NCBI GenBank assembly: GCA_038523235.1
Contig: JBCBJQ010000004.1
Location: forward strand, 85,249 to 149,248
Origin: Cyanobacteria bacterium J06626_4
Lineage (GTDB): Bacteria; Cyanobacteriota; Cyanobacteriia; Phormidesmidales; Phormidesmidaceae
DNA: 64,000 nucleotides
Direction: 5' to 3'
Shown here piece after piece: positions 29,651 to 40,433 of this stretch. Position numbers and translations under genes: made by a program. The notes under the pieces are model-generated. The model was not told where the DNA came from and made no database searches. It saw only the letters and a program-made list of their open reading frames with translations. Numbering within the stretch: the stretch's first letter is position 1; every line of letters starts with the position of its first letter.

Positions 29651-30739
29651 ATGACCGCCCAATCACTGCCGCCCACGACTGCTGTTACGCCGCCTGCTGC
29701 CCCCGAAACCCAACGTCGGAAAGCCGACCACATTCGGGTTTGTCTGGAGCAGGACGTGCAGTGCCAGCAGACGACTACTGGCCTCGAACACTATCGGTTT
29801 CAACACTGCTGCCTGCCGGAACTTGACTGGGCTGATTTGGATGTCAGCTGTCAGTTTCTTGGCAAGACCTTGGGGGCACCGCTGCTGATTTCTTCGATGA
29901 CGGGCGGTACCGAACAGGCACAATTGATCAACCAGCGGCTGGCGATCGCGGCGCAGACCTATCGGCTGGCGATGGGGGTAGGATCACAGCGGGTGGGGAT
30001 CGAGTCGCCTGAGGTGATGCCCACCTTTGCGATTCGCCAGTATGCACCTGACTGCCTTCTCTTTGCTAACTTGGGGGCCGTGCAGCTGAACTATGGCTAC
30101 GGCGTAGCAGAGTGTCAGCAAGTTGTGGAAACGCTGGCGGCGGACGCCTTGATCCTGCATCTCAACCCGCTGCAAGAGAGCGTGCAGTCACGGGGCGATC
30201 GCAACTTTAAAGGACTGCTCAGCAAGATCCGTCTGCTTTGTCAGCGCTTACCCGTACCGGTAATTGCCAAGGAGGTGGGTAACGGCATTGCCGCGCCTCT
30301 GGCGGCGCAGCTGATCGAGGCGGGCGTGGCCGCTATTGATGTGGCGGGGGCAGGTGGCACCTCTTGGGCCAAGGTCGAAGGGGGCCGGGCGGGCGATCCG
30401 CGACAGCGGCGACTGGGTCAGACCTTTGCTGACTGGGGCGTTCCCACCACTGACTGTATTACCCAAATTCGGGCAATTGCTCCGACCTTGCCGCTGATTG
30501 CCTCGGGCGGTATTCGTAATGGTTTGCAGGCGGCGAAGGCGATCGCCTTAGGTGCTGATCTAGTTGGGCTGGCGCATCCATTTTTGACCGCAGCTGCCGA
30601 CTCCGAAGAGAGCGTGGCGCTGTTGGCTGACTGCCTGATTGAAGAGCTTAAAACCGTCTTACTCTGCACCGGCAATGCTGATCTGACTGCCCTCAAAGCA
30701 TCGGGGGCGCTGCAATCAGTGCGCTCTGGCGATCAGTGA
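29651..30739 (+). CDS. fni: Type 2 isopentenyl-diphosphate delta-isomerase
   Basis: RKADHI, ISSMTGG, HLNPLQE, KEVGNG and AGAGGTSW motifs. Confidence 0.94.
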   Translation: MTAQSLPPTTAVTPPAAPETQRRKADHIRVCLEQDVQCQQTTTGLEHYRFQHCCLPELDWADLDVSCQFLGKTLGAPLLISSMTGGTEQAQLINQRLAIAAQTYRLAMGVGSQRVGIESPEVMPTFAIRQYAPDCLLFANLGAVQLNYGYGVAECQQVVETLAADALILHLNPLQESVQSRGDRNFKGLLSKIRLLCQRLPVPVIAKEVGNGIAAPLAAQLIEAGVAAIDVAGAGGTSWAKVEGGRAGDPRQRRLGQTFADWGVPTTDCITQIRAIAPTLPLIASGGIRNGLQAAKAIALGADLVGLAHPFLTAAADSEESVALLADCLIEELKTVLLCTGNADLTALKASGALQSVRSGDQ

Positions 30740-30769
30740 ACGGCTTCACGTGTGCGATTGTTGCCTGGC

Positions 30770-30799
30770 ACAAAAAAGGGGAGTCGCATAAACTCCCCT
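30770..30799 (-). terminator. Intrinsic terminator between convergent fni and ssb
   Basis: A-run then GGGGAGT...ACTCCCC stem. Confidence 0.75.
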
Positions 30800-30839
30800 G
30801 AAAATGAAAATTGAGCGGCGGTCTAAATTCTGCAGCGAA

Positions 30840-31205
30840 TTAGAATTCGTCATCGGCATAGTTGTTGCCCATGGGCGCTTCATTATCGCGCTTCGAGCCC
30901 AACAGCTCTAGGCGATCGACGCGAATGATCGGCGACGTACGGAGCGCCCCGGTGGCGCGATCGTTCCATTGATCAAACTTCAGTGCCCCACTGACGCCGA
31001 TCAGGCTGCCCTTGCGCACGTAGTTCGCTGCCACTTCAGCCGTGCGGCCCCACATTTCTACATTGAACCAATCCGGCTGGTCAGAGTTGCGGCTGCGTCG
31101 ATTCACCGCCAAAGAAAACTTGCACACGACACTACCCGATTCAAAATACTTCACATCAGGGTCACGTCCAGCTCGACCAACGAGAGTCACGGAATTGATG
31201 CTCAT
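30840..31205 (-). CDS. ssb: Single-stranded DNA-binding protein
   Basis: INSVTLVGR.G.DP, OB-fold pattern, acidic C-terminus DDEF. Confidence 0.95.
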   Translation of the reverse strand: MSINSVTLVGRAGRDPDVKYFESGSVVCKFSLAVNRRSRNSDQPDWFNVEMWGRTAEVAANYVRKGSLIGVSGALKFDQWNDRATGALRTSPIIRVDRLELLGSKRDNEAPMGNNYADDEF

Positions 31206-31636
31206 GTCAGACTTTCTCCTGCTTCTGTTAACTGGGGTGGGTGGGGAAACGACTGATCGGTTCCAAATTCATATCCTATCGTCTGAGACGATCACCATCT
31301 GGGCGGAGCGTCTATCCATTTTGCCTAAAGCTGCTTAAAAATGCTGGCCGTTTGCCGGGGCCGTCAGAAACGCTGATGCCGGCAGCGATCGCGACTACGC
31401 TCATGGCCAGAGAATCCAGGTAGACAATCTGCTGAGCAAATATACTCATCCACTGGACGGACGATACGAAAAGTAATAAAATCCACCTCGTCCGTGTTGC
31501 ATAAGCAATGGACTTTCCCTGAATTAGTGCTGCTACGGGCTATCTTTCCCATCCGAATCGGGCATTGATGACCTAGCATTAAGTTCGGTGAGTTTACATT
31601 CAACCGTCTATTTCGTTCGTTTGGGGGCTAAGTCTC

Positions 31637-32677
31637 GTGGGTTTTCTTGACCGTTTCTCTTTATCCCGAGACATGGGTATTGACCTCGGCACCGCTAATA
31701 CCTTGGTCTATGTCGCCGGTAAGGGCGTGGTTCTGCAAGAGCCATCGGTTGTCGCCATTGACCAGGTTGAGAAAAAACCGCTGGCTGTCGGCGAAGATGC
31801 CAAGCGGATGCTGGGCCGGACGCCCGGCAACGTTGTGGCCTTGCGGCCGCTACGGGATGGCGTGATTGCTGACTTCGATACGGCTGAGTTAATGCTTAAG
31901 CATTTTATTCGTCAGGTGCATGAGGGTAGAACGCTCGTGTCGCCCCGCATTGTGATCGGCATTCCTAGTGGGGTCACGGGTGTTGAACGCCGGGCCGTGA
32001 TGGATGCAGCGCAGCAGGCGGGGGCTCGCACCGTTTACTTAATTGATGAGCCGGTGGCGGCAGCGATCGGGGCCGGGCTACCGGTGGCTGAGCCTACCGG
32101 CAACATGGTGATCGATATTGGCGGCGGCACGACGGAAGTTGCCGTCCTCAGCTTGCAGGGCACCGTCTTGAGCGAATCGGTGCGCGTTGCCGGTGACGAA
32201 CTCAGCGAATCGATCTCGCAGTACCTCAAAAAGGTGCATAACCTCGTCGTTGGGGAAAGAACCGCTGAAGATATCAAGATCAAAATTGGCTCAGCTTATC
32301 CGGGTTCTGATGATGGTGAGCTGATTATGGATGTACGGGGGCTGCATTTGTTGTCGGGCCTGCCCCGCACGGTCACCGTCAAGGCGGGTGAGATTCGTGA
32401 AAGCATGGCTGAGCCCTTGGCCGTCATTGTGGAAGCCGTGAAACGGACCCTCGAACGCACTCCCCCTGAACTCGCTGCCGATATTATCGATCGCGGAATT
32501 ATGCTGGCGGGCGGTGGGGCATTGCTGCATGGTCTCGACACCTTGCTCAGCCATGAGACGGGCATCGTTGTTCATGTGGCGGCCGATCCCCTCAGCTGTG
32601 TGGTGTTGGGCACGGGACGCGTGCTCGAAAACTTCAGTCAGATGGGTCGGGTATTCAGTGGTAGTTCCGGCATTTAG
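31637..32677 (+). CDS. mreB: Rod shape-determining protein MreB
   Basis: [18 protein letters not shown] and LAGGGALL motifs. Confidence 0.97.
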   Translation: MGFLDRFSLSRDMGIDLGTANTLVYVAGKGVVLQEPSVVAIDQVEKKPLAVGEDAKRMLGRTPGNVVALRPLRDGVIADFDTAELMLKHFIRQVHEGRTLVSPRIVIGIPSGVTGVERRAVMDAAQQAGARTVYLIDEPVAAAIGAGLPVAEPTGNMVIDIGGGTTEVAVLSLQGTVLSESVRVAGDELSESISQYLKKVHNLVVGERTAEDIKIKIGSAYPGSDDGELIMDVRGLHLLSGLPRTVTVKAGEIRESMAEPLAVIVEAVKRTLERTPPELAADIIDRGIMLAGGGALLHGLDTLLSHETGIVVHVAADPLSCVVLGTGRVLENFSQMGRVFSGSSGI

Positions 32678-32706
32678 AGTCAGTATCAGGGGTGGATTAG
32701 CCAGCT

Positions 32707-33531
32707 ATGTTTGTCGTCCGGCGATGGTGGAACCAATATGCCCTCAAGACAGGGTTGGTGGCCTTGATGGTGGTCGCCGCTTTGGGGATGCGAGAGACTG
32801 GTGGCGCGGCCATTTATGAGCTATATCGCTGGGCGACGAGTCCGTTTCATCCCGGCCCTTCACGCGCCGCGATGTTGCAGTCAAGCTATGCCCAAGAATT
32901 GCAGCAGCGTTTAGTTGAGCTGGAAAGCCAAAATCGTTCGCTCCGACAAGTGGTGGAAGGGGACGCGGCCCCGTTAGCCGCTGGCACGCCCGCCGCCGTC
33001 ATTGGCCGCAGCGCCGGGGACTGGTGGCAGCAAATCATCATTAGTCGTGGCAGCAGCGACGGCATTGATGCCGATGACATCGTGACCGGGCCGGGTGGCC
33101 TAATCGGTCGTGTGGTGGCCGTTTCACCCAACAGCAGTCGCGTTTTGCTGGTGAGTGACCCCACCAGCCGCGTCGGGGCACGGGTGAGCCGCAGCCGCGC
33201 TACGGGCTACATTCGGGGCGAGATGGGGCAGCAGGTGGTGATGGAGTTTTTCGACAAAATACCAGATGTCAACGTCGGTGATGTCGTGACGACGTCTGCT
33301 TACAGTCAGCTGTTTCCTCAAGATATTCCCATTGGCCGCGTGGTTGATCTCGATTTGTCCAAGAGTCCGGCTCCTGAGGTGACGGTCGAGTTAACGTCGC
33401 CCCTCAATATTGTGGAATGGGTGACGGTGATTCCCTTTGAACCCAAGTCGGTTGAGCTCCCAGCGGTAGATGCGCCCGCTTCGCAGGAAATTATTCCTAA
33501 CCGAGAAGCAGAGGATAATCTCACCCCATGA
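32707..33531 (+). CDS. mreC: Rod shape-determining protein MreC
   Basis: TM, coiled coil, GLIGRV and GD.V.TS...FP motifs; follows mreB. Confidence 0.93.
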   Translation: MFVVRRWWNQYALKTGLVALMVVAALGMRETGGAAIYELYRWATSPFHPGPSRAAMLQSSYAQELQQRLVELESQNRSLRQVVEGDAAPLAAGTPAAVIGRSAGDWWQQIIISRGSSDGIDADDIVTGPGGLIGRVVAVSPNSSRVLLVSDPTSRVGARVSRSRATGYIRGEMGQQVVMEFFDKIPDVNVGDVVTTSAYSQLFPQDIPIGRVVDLDLSKSPAPEVTVELTSPLNIVEWVTVIPFEPKSVELPAVDAPASQEIIPNREAEDNLTP

Positions 33532-34112
33532 CTCCGGCCCGATCCAGTAGTCTGGCGCAGCGCCGCCGCTATCGATGGCTCAATCTTGCTGTGGTCATCG
33601 GCTCTGCTTTGATCTGCGTCATGCTGCTACCGATGCGTCTGCCGGGCATGGTGTTGCTGAGTGTGGGGCCGAGCTGGCTCTTGATTTGGCTGGTGGCCTG
33701 GAGCGTGCAGCGCACGAGTGTCGAAGGCGCGATCGCGGGCTTTATTTTGGGGCTCGTGCAGGATGGATTGACCGGCTATTTTCCCACCCATACTCTGGGG
33801 CTCACCCTGGCGGGTTTTTTAACGGCCCGCATTCAAAAACAGCGCTTCATTCAAGAAGATTTTGTCTCGGTGGCGATCATCGTGTTTGCCATGACGGTCA
33901 TTGCCCAGACCATGATGGCCCTGCAAATCAGTGCCCACCAGCTGATCAGCAGCAGCTCGCCCTATCCCAGCCTGCCGGAGATTTGGCTACAGCATCAGCG
34001 CATCGCCCTCAGCTCAGCTATTTTGAGCAGTCTTTGGGCACCCGCCGTTTATTACCCGTTAAGCCGCTGGTGGGCGCACTATGAGCAGGTGATGACGCCA
34101 CCCGGCGGCTAG
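33528..34112 (+). CDS. mreD: Rod shape-determining protein MreD
   Basis: Multi-TM protein with GLVQDGL; ATGA overlap with mreC. Confidence 0.9.
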   Translation: MTPARSSSLAQRRRYRWLNLAVVIGSALICVMLLPMRLPGMVLLSVGPSWLLIWLVAWSVQRTSVEGAIAGFILGLVQDGLTGYFPTHTLGLTLAGFLTARIQKQRFIQEDFVSVAIIVFAMTVIAQTMMALQISAHQLISSSSPYPSLPEIWLQHQRIALSSAILSSLWAPAVYYPLSRWWAHYEQVMTPPGG

Positions 34113-34233
34113 CTGCTGTTTGCCCAGACATTCCTGCATTATTCTCTGTCAGCCTCTGATGGATGTTGAGAGTATGGTCGCAGCGACAGGGAAATCACCC
34201 TGATAGAGCGTTGCTCAAAGATCGCAGCCGCGA

Positions 34234-34266
34234 TCGTCGGGGTGGGGCTTGCCCCACCCCCGACGA
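34234..34266. repeat. REP-like palindrome
   Basis: TCGTCGGGGTGGGGC-TT-GCCCCACCCCCGACGA, 15-bp stem with a single bulge. Confidence 0.6.
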
Positions 34267-34466
34267 CAGAGAACTGTACGTTTTGGGGATATAGCAAGCT
34301 GTAGTTAGGTTTGGCCGCTTTCAATCGCCAGATCACTTTCTGTAAGGCCCTTCCCTGCACCTGGAACCCGGCACCTTGCTACCCTCTGCCATATCACCTA
34401 AGTGCCGACCCCTCTTCTAAACGCCGACCCCTCAAATCAGACGATTGAGCCGGTAGCGCCTAGCCC

Positions 34467-36002
34467 TCAATCACAAACGCCCAATTCTCGCCATCGCGGC
34501 AGCGTGGATTGCAAGAAAGTATTGGCTAGTGTTTGCGTGTAGGGCCGCAAAGCGTCGCGACTGGTCAGCGGCTGGCCGTTTTGAGTCAACCCTTTGCCCA
34601 GCGCAATTAAGCGTTCGGTTAGCGCCGCACCCAAGGCATCGGCGGCAATTTGTGGCTGTTCAAAAGTTTCGGCCAAAAACATCAGATCGACATCACTCAC
34701 CGTCAGCACGTGGCCTAGGTTGCTGGCGATCGCAAACCGATAAGGGGCACCCTGGGCCGTGGCGATCGCGATCTCGCGGTTCAGGGCCAGGGCCGGGGCC
34801 CGATCAGCCGGGGGACAAAACAAGGTGATATGCCCTGCGTTCAGCATCAGGGACAGCGCTTGCATCAGATCGCCCAGCCCTAAGGGCTTAGCCGTCGCGA
34901 CCTGCATCAAATCTGCCGCTGATTTCGGCCCGGTCGCCAGCGCGTCGTAAAATAGGGTGTAGACTTCCGATTTGCCTTTGAGTTCGCCAATCGACGTTTT
35001 GAATTTCAGCTCGCTGGTGTCAGCGGGGCGACTGACTAAGGCAAACTGCTGTTGCAAGAGGGCTTCTTGACGCTGCACTGACCAGAGGGGGGCTGCCCCG
35101 CGACTAAAGACATCCCGCCGGAAGCTCTGGTTGGTCAACACATCGATCATGACCTCTTGCACAGTCGGGTCAGGATATTCCTGCAAAATGTCTTTGAAGG
35201 CTTGCGGCATAAAATTGGTGAGATACAGATCGCCTAGACTAGCTGTGCCCACGTAGCTCAGCTTGGCCGGCCTGACCTCTTCGACCACCTGGTTAAACCA
35301 GCGCGGATGCCAGTTGTCGTGCAGATATTCCTGGACCAGGTAGGCGCGATCGCGGGTGGCCACCTTCTCCAGCATTGATTTCATGCCTGGCAAGAGCTTG
35401 GTCATGCCCGCTTGAGCCTCGGTCAGCGCCTGCAGGCGGCTAATCCCCGTTTCAATCGCCTTGACCGACTCTAGACTGTCGGTCGTTTGCCAGAGCCGCA
35501 TCAAGTGTTGAATGGGGTAAGACGAAATCCATGCCGGTAGCGTGTTGTAGCTGAGATAGACCAAAGCTCCCGGCGTCGCAGCTCGGTCAATGGCCGTGAC
35601 GATCGCCTCACACACATCGTGGCTCAGCCAGGAATAAATGCCGTGAGCAGTAATGTAGTCAAACTGTCCCCAGTCCGCAGGCCATGACTGCGCCACCGCC
35701 AAAAAGTCAGCTTCCTCAAAGCGTACATTTGTTAGCCCCGCTGCCGTAGCTAGGCTGCGGGCGTGGGTAATGTGCACGGGGTTAAAGTCGATACCCAAAA
35801 AATCATGGTCAGGATACAGCGCCGCTAGCAGCGTCAGTCCGTAGCCTTGGCCGCACCCAAGTTCTAGATAACGCCAGGCCCCGCTAGGCGGCATCACCCC
35901 TTTGGTTAGCGCCACGTAATCTAACCATTCCGGGCTGATTTCACGATAGTAGCCAAAGGTGTAACCCAGATCAGTGTTGTAACCAGAAGACCAGGTAGAC
36001 AT
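34467..36002 (-). CDS. Class I SAM methyltransferase with methyltransferase regulatory domain
   Basis: LELGCGQG motif I, FDYITAHGIYSW, SYNTLP, YLVQEY and NQSFRRD motifs. Confidence 0.85.
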   Translation of the reverse strand: MSTWSSGYNTDLGYTFGYYREISPEWLDYVALTKGVMPPSGAWRYLELGCGQGYGLTLLAALYPDHDFLGIDFNPVHITHARSLATAAGLTNVRFEEADFLAVAQSWPADWGQFDYITAHGIYSWLSHDVCEAIVTAIDRAATPGALVYLSYNTLPAWISSYPIQHLMRLWQTTDSLESVKAIETGISRLQALTEAQAGMTKLLPGMKSMLEKVATRDRAYLVQEYLHDNWHPRWFNQVVEEVRPAKLSYVGTASLGDLYLTNFMPQAFKDILQEYPDPTVQEVMIDVLTNQSFRRDVFSRGAAPLWSVQRQEALLQQQFALVSRPADTSELKFKTSIGELKGKSEVYTLFYDALATGPKSAADLMQVATAKPLGLGDLMQALSLMLNAGHITLFCPPADRAPALALNREIAIATAQGAPYRFAIASNLGHVLTVSDVDLMFLAETFEQPQIAADALGAALTERLIALGKGLTQNGQPLTSRDALRPYTQTLANTFLQSTLPRWRELGVCD

Positions 36003-36406
36003 AAACAGCGCGTCTCATTCATTCAGCAAGTCACCATAGTTATAAGGCTGAATCGAAAAGCTGCAACCCCGAATTGGTGGCAAGGGTCGAAGTCGCCATG
36101 AACTCAGTCAGCCCCCAGCCTCACCAGTCAGCGCCTCAGACGCAGGCACCAACCGACTGCCGTCGGACGGAAAGGCAAAAAGATTTCCAGGACAGAACAG
36201 TTGCTGTCAGAGTTGGGCACTGCCACCCCACTGGGATGACGAACGCCATGGTTGCAGAAGGATGCTGGACTGCTGCTACCGGGTCTCTGAGGCAAAGCTA
36301 TCCATCCGAACTCCTGTCCCCAGGCCTCGATGTTTTCAGGAGGGCGTTGGGCGTCCGAACAATCGGGATGTGTGCAGACATTGAGTCGTTTTAGCCTACG
36401 GCAGTT

Positions 36407-37117
36407 TTAGCCTGCGACCTGACCCGCTGAGAGATTGTTCAGAGTGGCAAATAGATTTTCAACCTGGGTCAAACATTTATTGCCTGGGCTCAGCTCCACA
36501 CCGCTAGAGAGGTCAATGCCTTGAGGGGATAGTTGGGTTAAGGCCGTCTCAATATTGTCGGGCGTGAGTCCCCCAGCCAAAATCCACGGAATCGCGGGCT
36601 GAAAGGTTTGCAGTGATCGCCAATCGAGCGTCTCACCCGTGCCGCCCAGCCGATCGGGATGATAGGCATCCAACAAAATCGCATCGACGATCGCCTCATA
36701 GGACGGCACTGCCGCGAGGTCAGCCTCAGACCGAATGCGTAGCGCTTTAATCACCTTGAGCTGAGGAAACGTCTGCCGTACTTGCTGACACCTGGCAGGC
36801 GTTTCTTGGCCGTGCAGCTGTAGGGCGGTGAGTTGTCCTGTCGTGATCGCCGTCTCTAACTCTGCGGACGTCGCATTCACAAAAACGCCGACTCGTTCCA
36901 CCCGAGAAAGAGAGGCCGCGATGAGGGCCTGACTCATCGCTCGGATTTGCAGCGGCGTCACATAGCGAGGGGAAGACCGCACACCGATAAATCCCAGTGC
37001 ACTGGCTCCCTGGCGGGCGATCGCGACCGCCTGCTCGGGAATCATCAGGCCACAAATCTTTATCCAAAGAGAAGAATCTACACAAGACATCTCTACCCTG
37101 TTAACTCTGTTAAACAA
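36407..37117 (-). CDS. trpF: Phosphoribosylanthranilate isomerase
   Basis: IKICGL, SPRYV, QLHGQE, LAGGLTPDN and DLSSGVE motifs; true start probably a few codons downstream. Confidence 0.95.
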   Translation of the reverse strand: MFNRVNRVEMSCVDSSLWIKICGLMIPEQAVAIARQGASALGFIGVRSSPRYVTPLQIRAMSQALIAASLSRVERVGVFVNATSAELETAITTGQLTALQLHGQETPARCQQVRQTFPQLKVIKALRIRSEADLAAVPSYEAIVDAILLDAYHPDRLGGTGETLDWRSLQTFQPAIPWILAGGLTPDNIETALTQLSPQGIDLSSGVELSPGNKCLTQVENLFATLNNLSAGQVAG

Positions 37118-37189
37118 TCTGCCGATCTCGATTCTACGGTTCCCTATGATCCGGGGGTGAAATAACTCTATATTTTGGAGGCCGTACCC

Positions 37190-37465
37190 TTGGTCGCTTC
37201 TTTTGCTGCTTTGCTGGCTCAGACTGCCCCCTCAACTCCAGCGTGGTCGTTTCAAACCGCATTGATCATGATCACCTGCAATCTCTTTGTGATTGCGATC
37301 GGGCGCTATGCCATTCAAAAGCCTGGGGCGGGGCCCGCGCTGCCTTTCACCTTGCCTGGTTTGTTTGAGGGTTTCGGCCTGCCTGAACTGTTGGCCACAG
37401 CGAGTCTTGGTCACATTCTCGGCGCTGGCATGATCTTAGGCTTAGGTAGTGCGGGTCTCTTGTGA
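37190..37465 (+). CDS. psaK: Photosystem I subunit PsaK
   Basis: Two TM helices and PELLATASLGHILGAG. GGAGG at 37177-37181 supports a TTG start at 37190. Confidence 0.92.
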   Translation: MVASFAALLAQTAPSTPAWSFQTALIMITCNLFVIAIGRYAIQKPGAGPALPFTLPGLFEGFGLPELLATASLGHILGAGMILGLGSAGLL

Positions 37466-37629
37466 TCGAGCTGGGTCTCGTTCTCGTCCGGTCTGACTGG
37501 CCGGATATCTCCCCCTTGATGCCTCGGTGCTCAACCGTTGGCCCGCCCCATTTACCTGACTACAATGGAAACTGTCTCTAGAAACTTGGGTTTTTAGAGG
37601 CTGCTTATTGACTTTCAGTGACTTAAATT

Positions 37630-38829
37630 ATGCGGTCTGGATGGCGCGTTGGCTCCATTTTAGGAATTCCTCTTTACCTTGACACCTCTTGGTTTGTCAT
37701 CGTTTTGCTGGTGACGTTTGTCTACGGCAGTAACCCCCTGTGGCAAGAGCAGTGGGGGGATGGCTCGTGGCTGATCGGTCTGGCCATGGCCCTGCTCCTC
37801 TTTGGCTCGGTGCTGTTGCATGAGTTAGGTCATAGCCTCGTCGCCCAATCGCAAGGGATTCAGGTCAATTCCATCACGTTATTTTTGTTTGGCGGTATCG
37901 CCGCGATCGATCAAGAATCAAAAACCCCCGGTCAAGCTTTTCAAGTGGCGATCGCGGGGCCCGCCGTGAGTTTGAGCCTGTACTTTTTATTGACCCTCTG
38001 CATTACTGTGCTGTCACTGCCAGGGCCGTTGGCAGTGCTGTTTGCCAGCGTGGCGCAGATTAACTTGGTGCTGACTGTCTTTAACCTGATTCCGGGCTTG
38101 CCCTTAGATGGGGGGCAGGTGCTCAAGGCCGCCGTTTGGAAGTTGACCGATAGCCGCATTAAAGGCATCCGCTGGGCCGCTAGAACGGGCCAAATTTTGG
38201 GCTGGACAGCGGTTGGTGGCGGACTGCTAATTTATTTAGCCCAGCCTAGCCTCGATTTAATTTGGATTGTGCTAATCGGCGGGTTTGCCATTCGCAATGC
38301 TGCCAATTATGGTCGCATTGCTGACTTACAAGAGACGCTGTCTGAACTGACTGCCGCCGATGCCATGGCGCGCGACTTTCGGGTGCTTGATGCGAACCTG
38401 ACATTGCGTCAGTTTGCTGATGAATATCTGCTGCAAAGCACGCGGGCTCCTTTATATTTCGCAGCCTCTGATGGTCGCTATCGTGGCCTTGTCAAAATTG
38501 AAGATGTGCGAGATATCGAACGTAGTGAATGGGAAAGCCGCACCCTGCAGTCGATTGCTCGTCCGCTGACTGCCGTGACCAATGTGCGAGAAACCACCCC
38601 TCTGGTGGAGGTGATTGCCGCTCTTGAAGCCCAAGAGACGGCGCGCCTTGTGGTGCTGACACCCGCCGATGCCGTCGCTGGTGTGATTGATCGAGGTGAG
38701 GTCGTACGCGCCTTGGGTAAAAAAATGAACCTGTCGATTTCGGATGCGGTAATTCAGCGCATTAAAGACGAAGGAGAATATCCGCCGGGCTTGAAGCTGT
38801 CGTCGCTAGCTAAGGGCCTGCAGGAATAG
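37630..38829 (+). CDS. Site-2 protease (M50) with CBS domains
   Basis: HELGH, AGP and NLIPGLPLDGG motifs; C-terminal CBS pair. Confidence 0.93.
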   Translation: MRSGWRVGSILGIPLYLDTSWFVIVLLVTFVYGSNPLWQEQWGDGSWLIGLAMALLLFGSVLLHELGHSLVAQSQGIQVNSITLFLFGGIAAIDQESKTPGQAFQVAIAGPAVSLSLYFLLTLCITVLSLPGPLAVLFASVAQINLVLTVFNLIPGLPLDGGQVLKAAVWKLTDSRIKGIRWAARTGQILGWTAVGGGLLIYLAQPSLDLIWIVLIGGFAIRNAANYGRIADLQETLSELTAADAMARDFRVLDANLTLRQFADEYLLQSTRAPLYFAASDGRYRGLVKIEDVRDIERSEWESRTLQSIARPLTAVTNVRETTPLVEVIAALEAQETARLVVLTPADAVAGVIDRGEVVRALGKKMNLSISDAVIQRIKDEGEYPPGLKLSSLAKGLQE

Positions 38830-39577
38830 TAAACTGCGCGGCTTTGCCTGCGATCTGAGCCTGTTCGTTTGGGCTCAACGGCTGAGTGACAAAGCGAACG
38901 TTCAGCGAGCGCGCCAGTTCTTCAACCATCGCGGCTGACAGCTGAGCGAGCCAATCCTCATCCACAGCCTGCGGAATCGCGACGGGCGGTGGCGCTGCGG
39001 ATGAGGGCGCTTGACCAAAGACCTGAGCCGATAGGGCGGCATCTGGCCACAGCCGCAGAGAGCCGTGCTGTAGCAGGTAGCGATCGCGCCGCAGTTGGGC
39101 ACTGCCAATCAGTTTGTAACCGGTGGGGGTAATCAAGTCTGCCGCTGTTGCCAAAGCAAAGCAGTTGGCCTGATGGCGATAGCTGCCGCCAGCGCGGCCA
39201 TAGTCGAGCGCGACGTCGAATCGCTGCCAGGCGGCGATCAGCGCATCACAGATTTGTCGATAGGCAGAGTCACGACTGCCCGTCATGGGTAGGGCGATCG
39301 CATAGGTTAAATCGCCCTGGTGCATCACCGCCCGCCCCCCCGAAGGTCGTCGCACCAAATCAACCGATTGCCCGTTGAAGCTGAGCGATTGCCAGTGTTG
39401 CGGCCAGTCTTTTTGGTGATAGCCCAGGGAAACGGCGACGGGGTGCCAGCGATAAAATCGCAGCGTGGGCGCTTGCTGGTCCGCGATGAGCTGCTCTAAC
39501 AGCAATGTATCGAGGGCCATTTGTTTAGGCCCAGAGGCTACTATTTCTGGAATAAATCGCCAAGGCTGCTGCGTCAA
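38810..39577 (-). CDS. Lipoate-protein ligase A / octanoyltransferase family protein
   Basis: RRPSGGRAVMH, KLIGSAQ and LQHGS motifs. Confidence 0.88.
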   Translation of the reverse strand: MTQQPWRFIPEIVASGPKQMALDTLLLEQLIADQQAPTLRFYRWHPVAVSLGYHQKDWPQHWQSLSFNGQSVDLVRRPSGGRAVMHQGDLTYAIALPMTGSRDSAYRQICDALIAAWQRFDVALDYGRAGGSYRHQANCFALATAADLITPTGYKLIGSAQLRRDRYLLQHGSLRLWPDAALSAQVFGQAPSSAAPPPVAIPQAVDEDWLAQLSAAMVEELARSLNVRFVTQPLSPNEQAQIAGKAAQFTIPAGP

Positions 39578-39645
39578 CTTGAGGCCAACCTCACGTGAGG
39601 CTAATGATTGATCCCGCCATCTAGGTGCATCGACACCCTGACTGT

Positions 39646-40149
39646 TTATGCGCCGTACTCGGCCTGCAGCGCTTCGTCATTGTCATCGGCAATCGTCGCC
39701 ACAATGGTCATCAAGCGCGAAATTTCGCCTGCAGAAATGTCTGCTAGTGGGCGGCTGGCCAGCACTACTACTTGCTCACCCAGAATCCCAAAGCAAGATT
39801 CAAAGGTTTCGCCGCAGTTCATTTCCAAAATATGCCGCATCAGTTTGGGCTCATCTTTTGCCGGCAGACTCAACACCGGCGACCACACGGTCAAAATATC
39901 TTCGTCACTCGTGCCCGTGAGTTGAACGTAAACCTCAACACTCCCGTAGGCAAACTTCCAAAAGGTGCCCTGCTCGGTGTGGCTCACCATGGCACTCTGG
40001 TCTTGCTCGAGACTCGCAATCACCGTCTCGATAATTTCTAGATAGTTTGACATCACGGTTTCCTCACTTTTATCCCCATCTAAGGTTCCCAGGGCGGCGA
40101 TATCGAGTGGTGTCGAGGTCATGGTCAAGGCTACATATACACTGCTCAT
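39646..40149 (-). CDS. YbjN-domain (CesT-like fold) protein
   Basis: WKFAYGSVEV, LEMN and TIVATIADDNDE motifs; start probably nearer 40056. Confidence 0.75.
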   Translation of the reverse strand: MSSVYVALTMTSTPLDIAALGTLDGDKSEETVMSNYLEIIETVIASLEQDQSAMVSHTEQGTFWKFAYGSVEVYVQLTGTSDEDILTVWSPVLSLPAKDEPKLMRHILEMNCGETFESCFGILGEQVVVLASRPLADISAGEISRLMTIVATIADDNDEALQAEYGA

Positions 40150-40433
40150 CCAAATCTAACCGTTGCTCTGCCGATAGCAAAGGGTGCGGCTAGATTTTCT
40201 TAACTTCGATGAGAGGGAGATCGCGCAGCCAAACGACTACAGATTCTGAGCAGTCAAACTCTGACAATACAGGTTCATCGATTGACTGAAGCTTGAACTC
40301 TCACCGCCTCCATCCCAGTTCACTGGCTGTCGATGCTCAACGATGCTCAGGCTACTCTTCATCGCGACAGCACAAATCAGTCGCAGTCGTGCTTTGACTC
40401 CTGCGACTGATTTATCGAGACCTCCGCCCATGT

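Noticed and set aside
36072..36100. Minus-strand TTCGACCCTTGCCACCA resembling a tRNA 3' end or att site
   Set aside because: Spacing between the T-loop-like sequence and CCA is too short, and no cloverleaf forms
36074..36394. 106-aa plus-strand ORF, and a minus-strand open frame continuing past the trpF stop
   Set aside because: No recognisable motifs; the minus frame has no convincing start and read-through of TAA is unsupported
37098..37118. HLR1 site upstream of psaK (TGTTAA repeat)
   Set aside because: Period is 9 bp rather than 10 and the match to consensus is poor
38810..38829. 20-bp 3' overlap of convergent protease and lipoate-ligase genes
   Set aside because: Short convergent overlaps are common and need no special explanation
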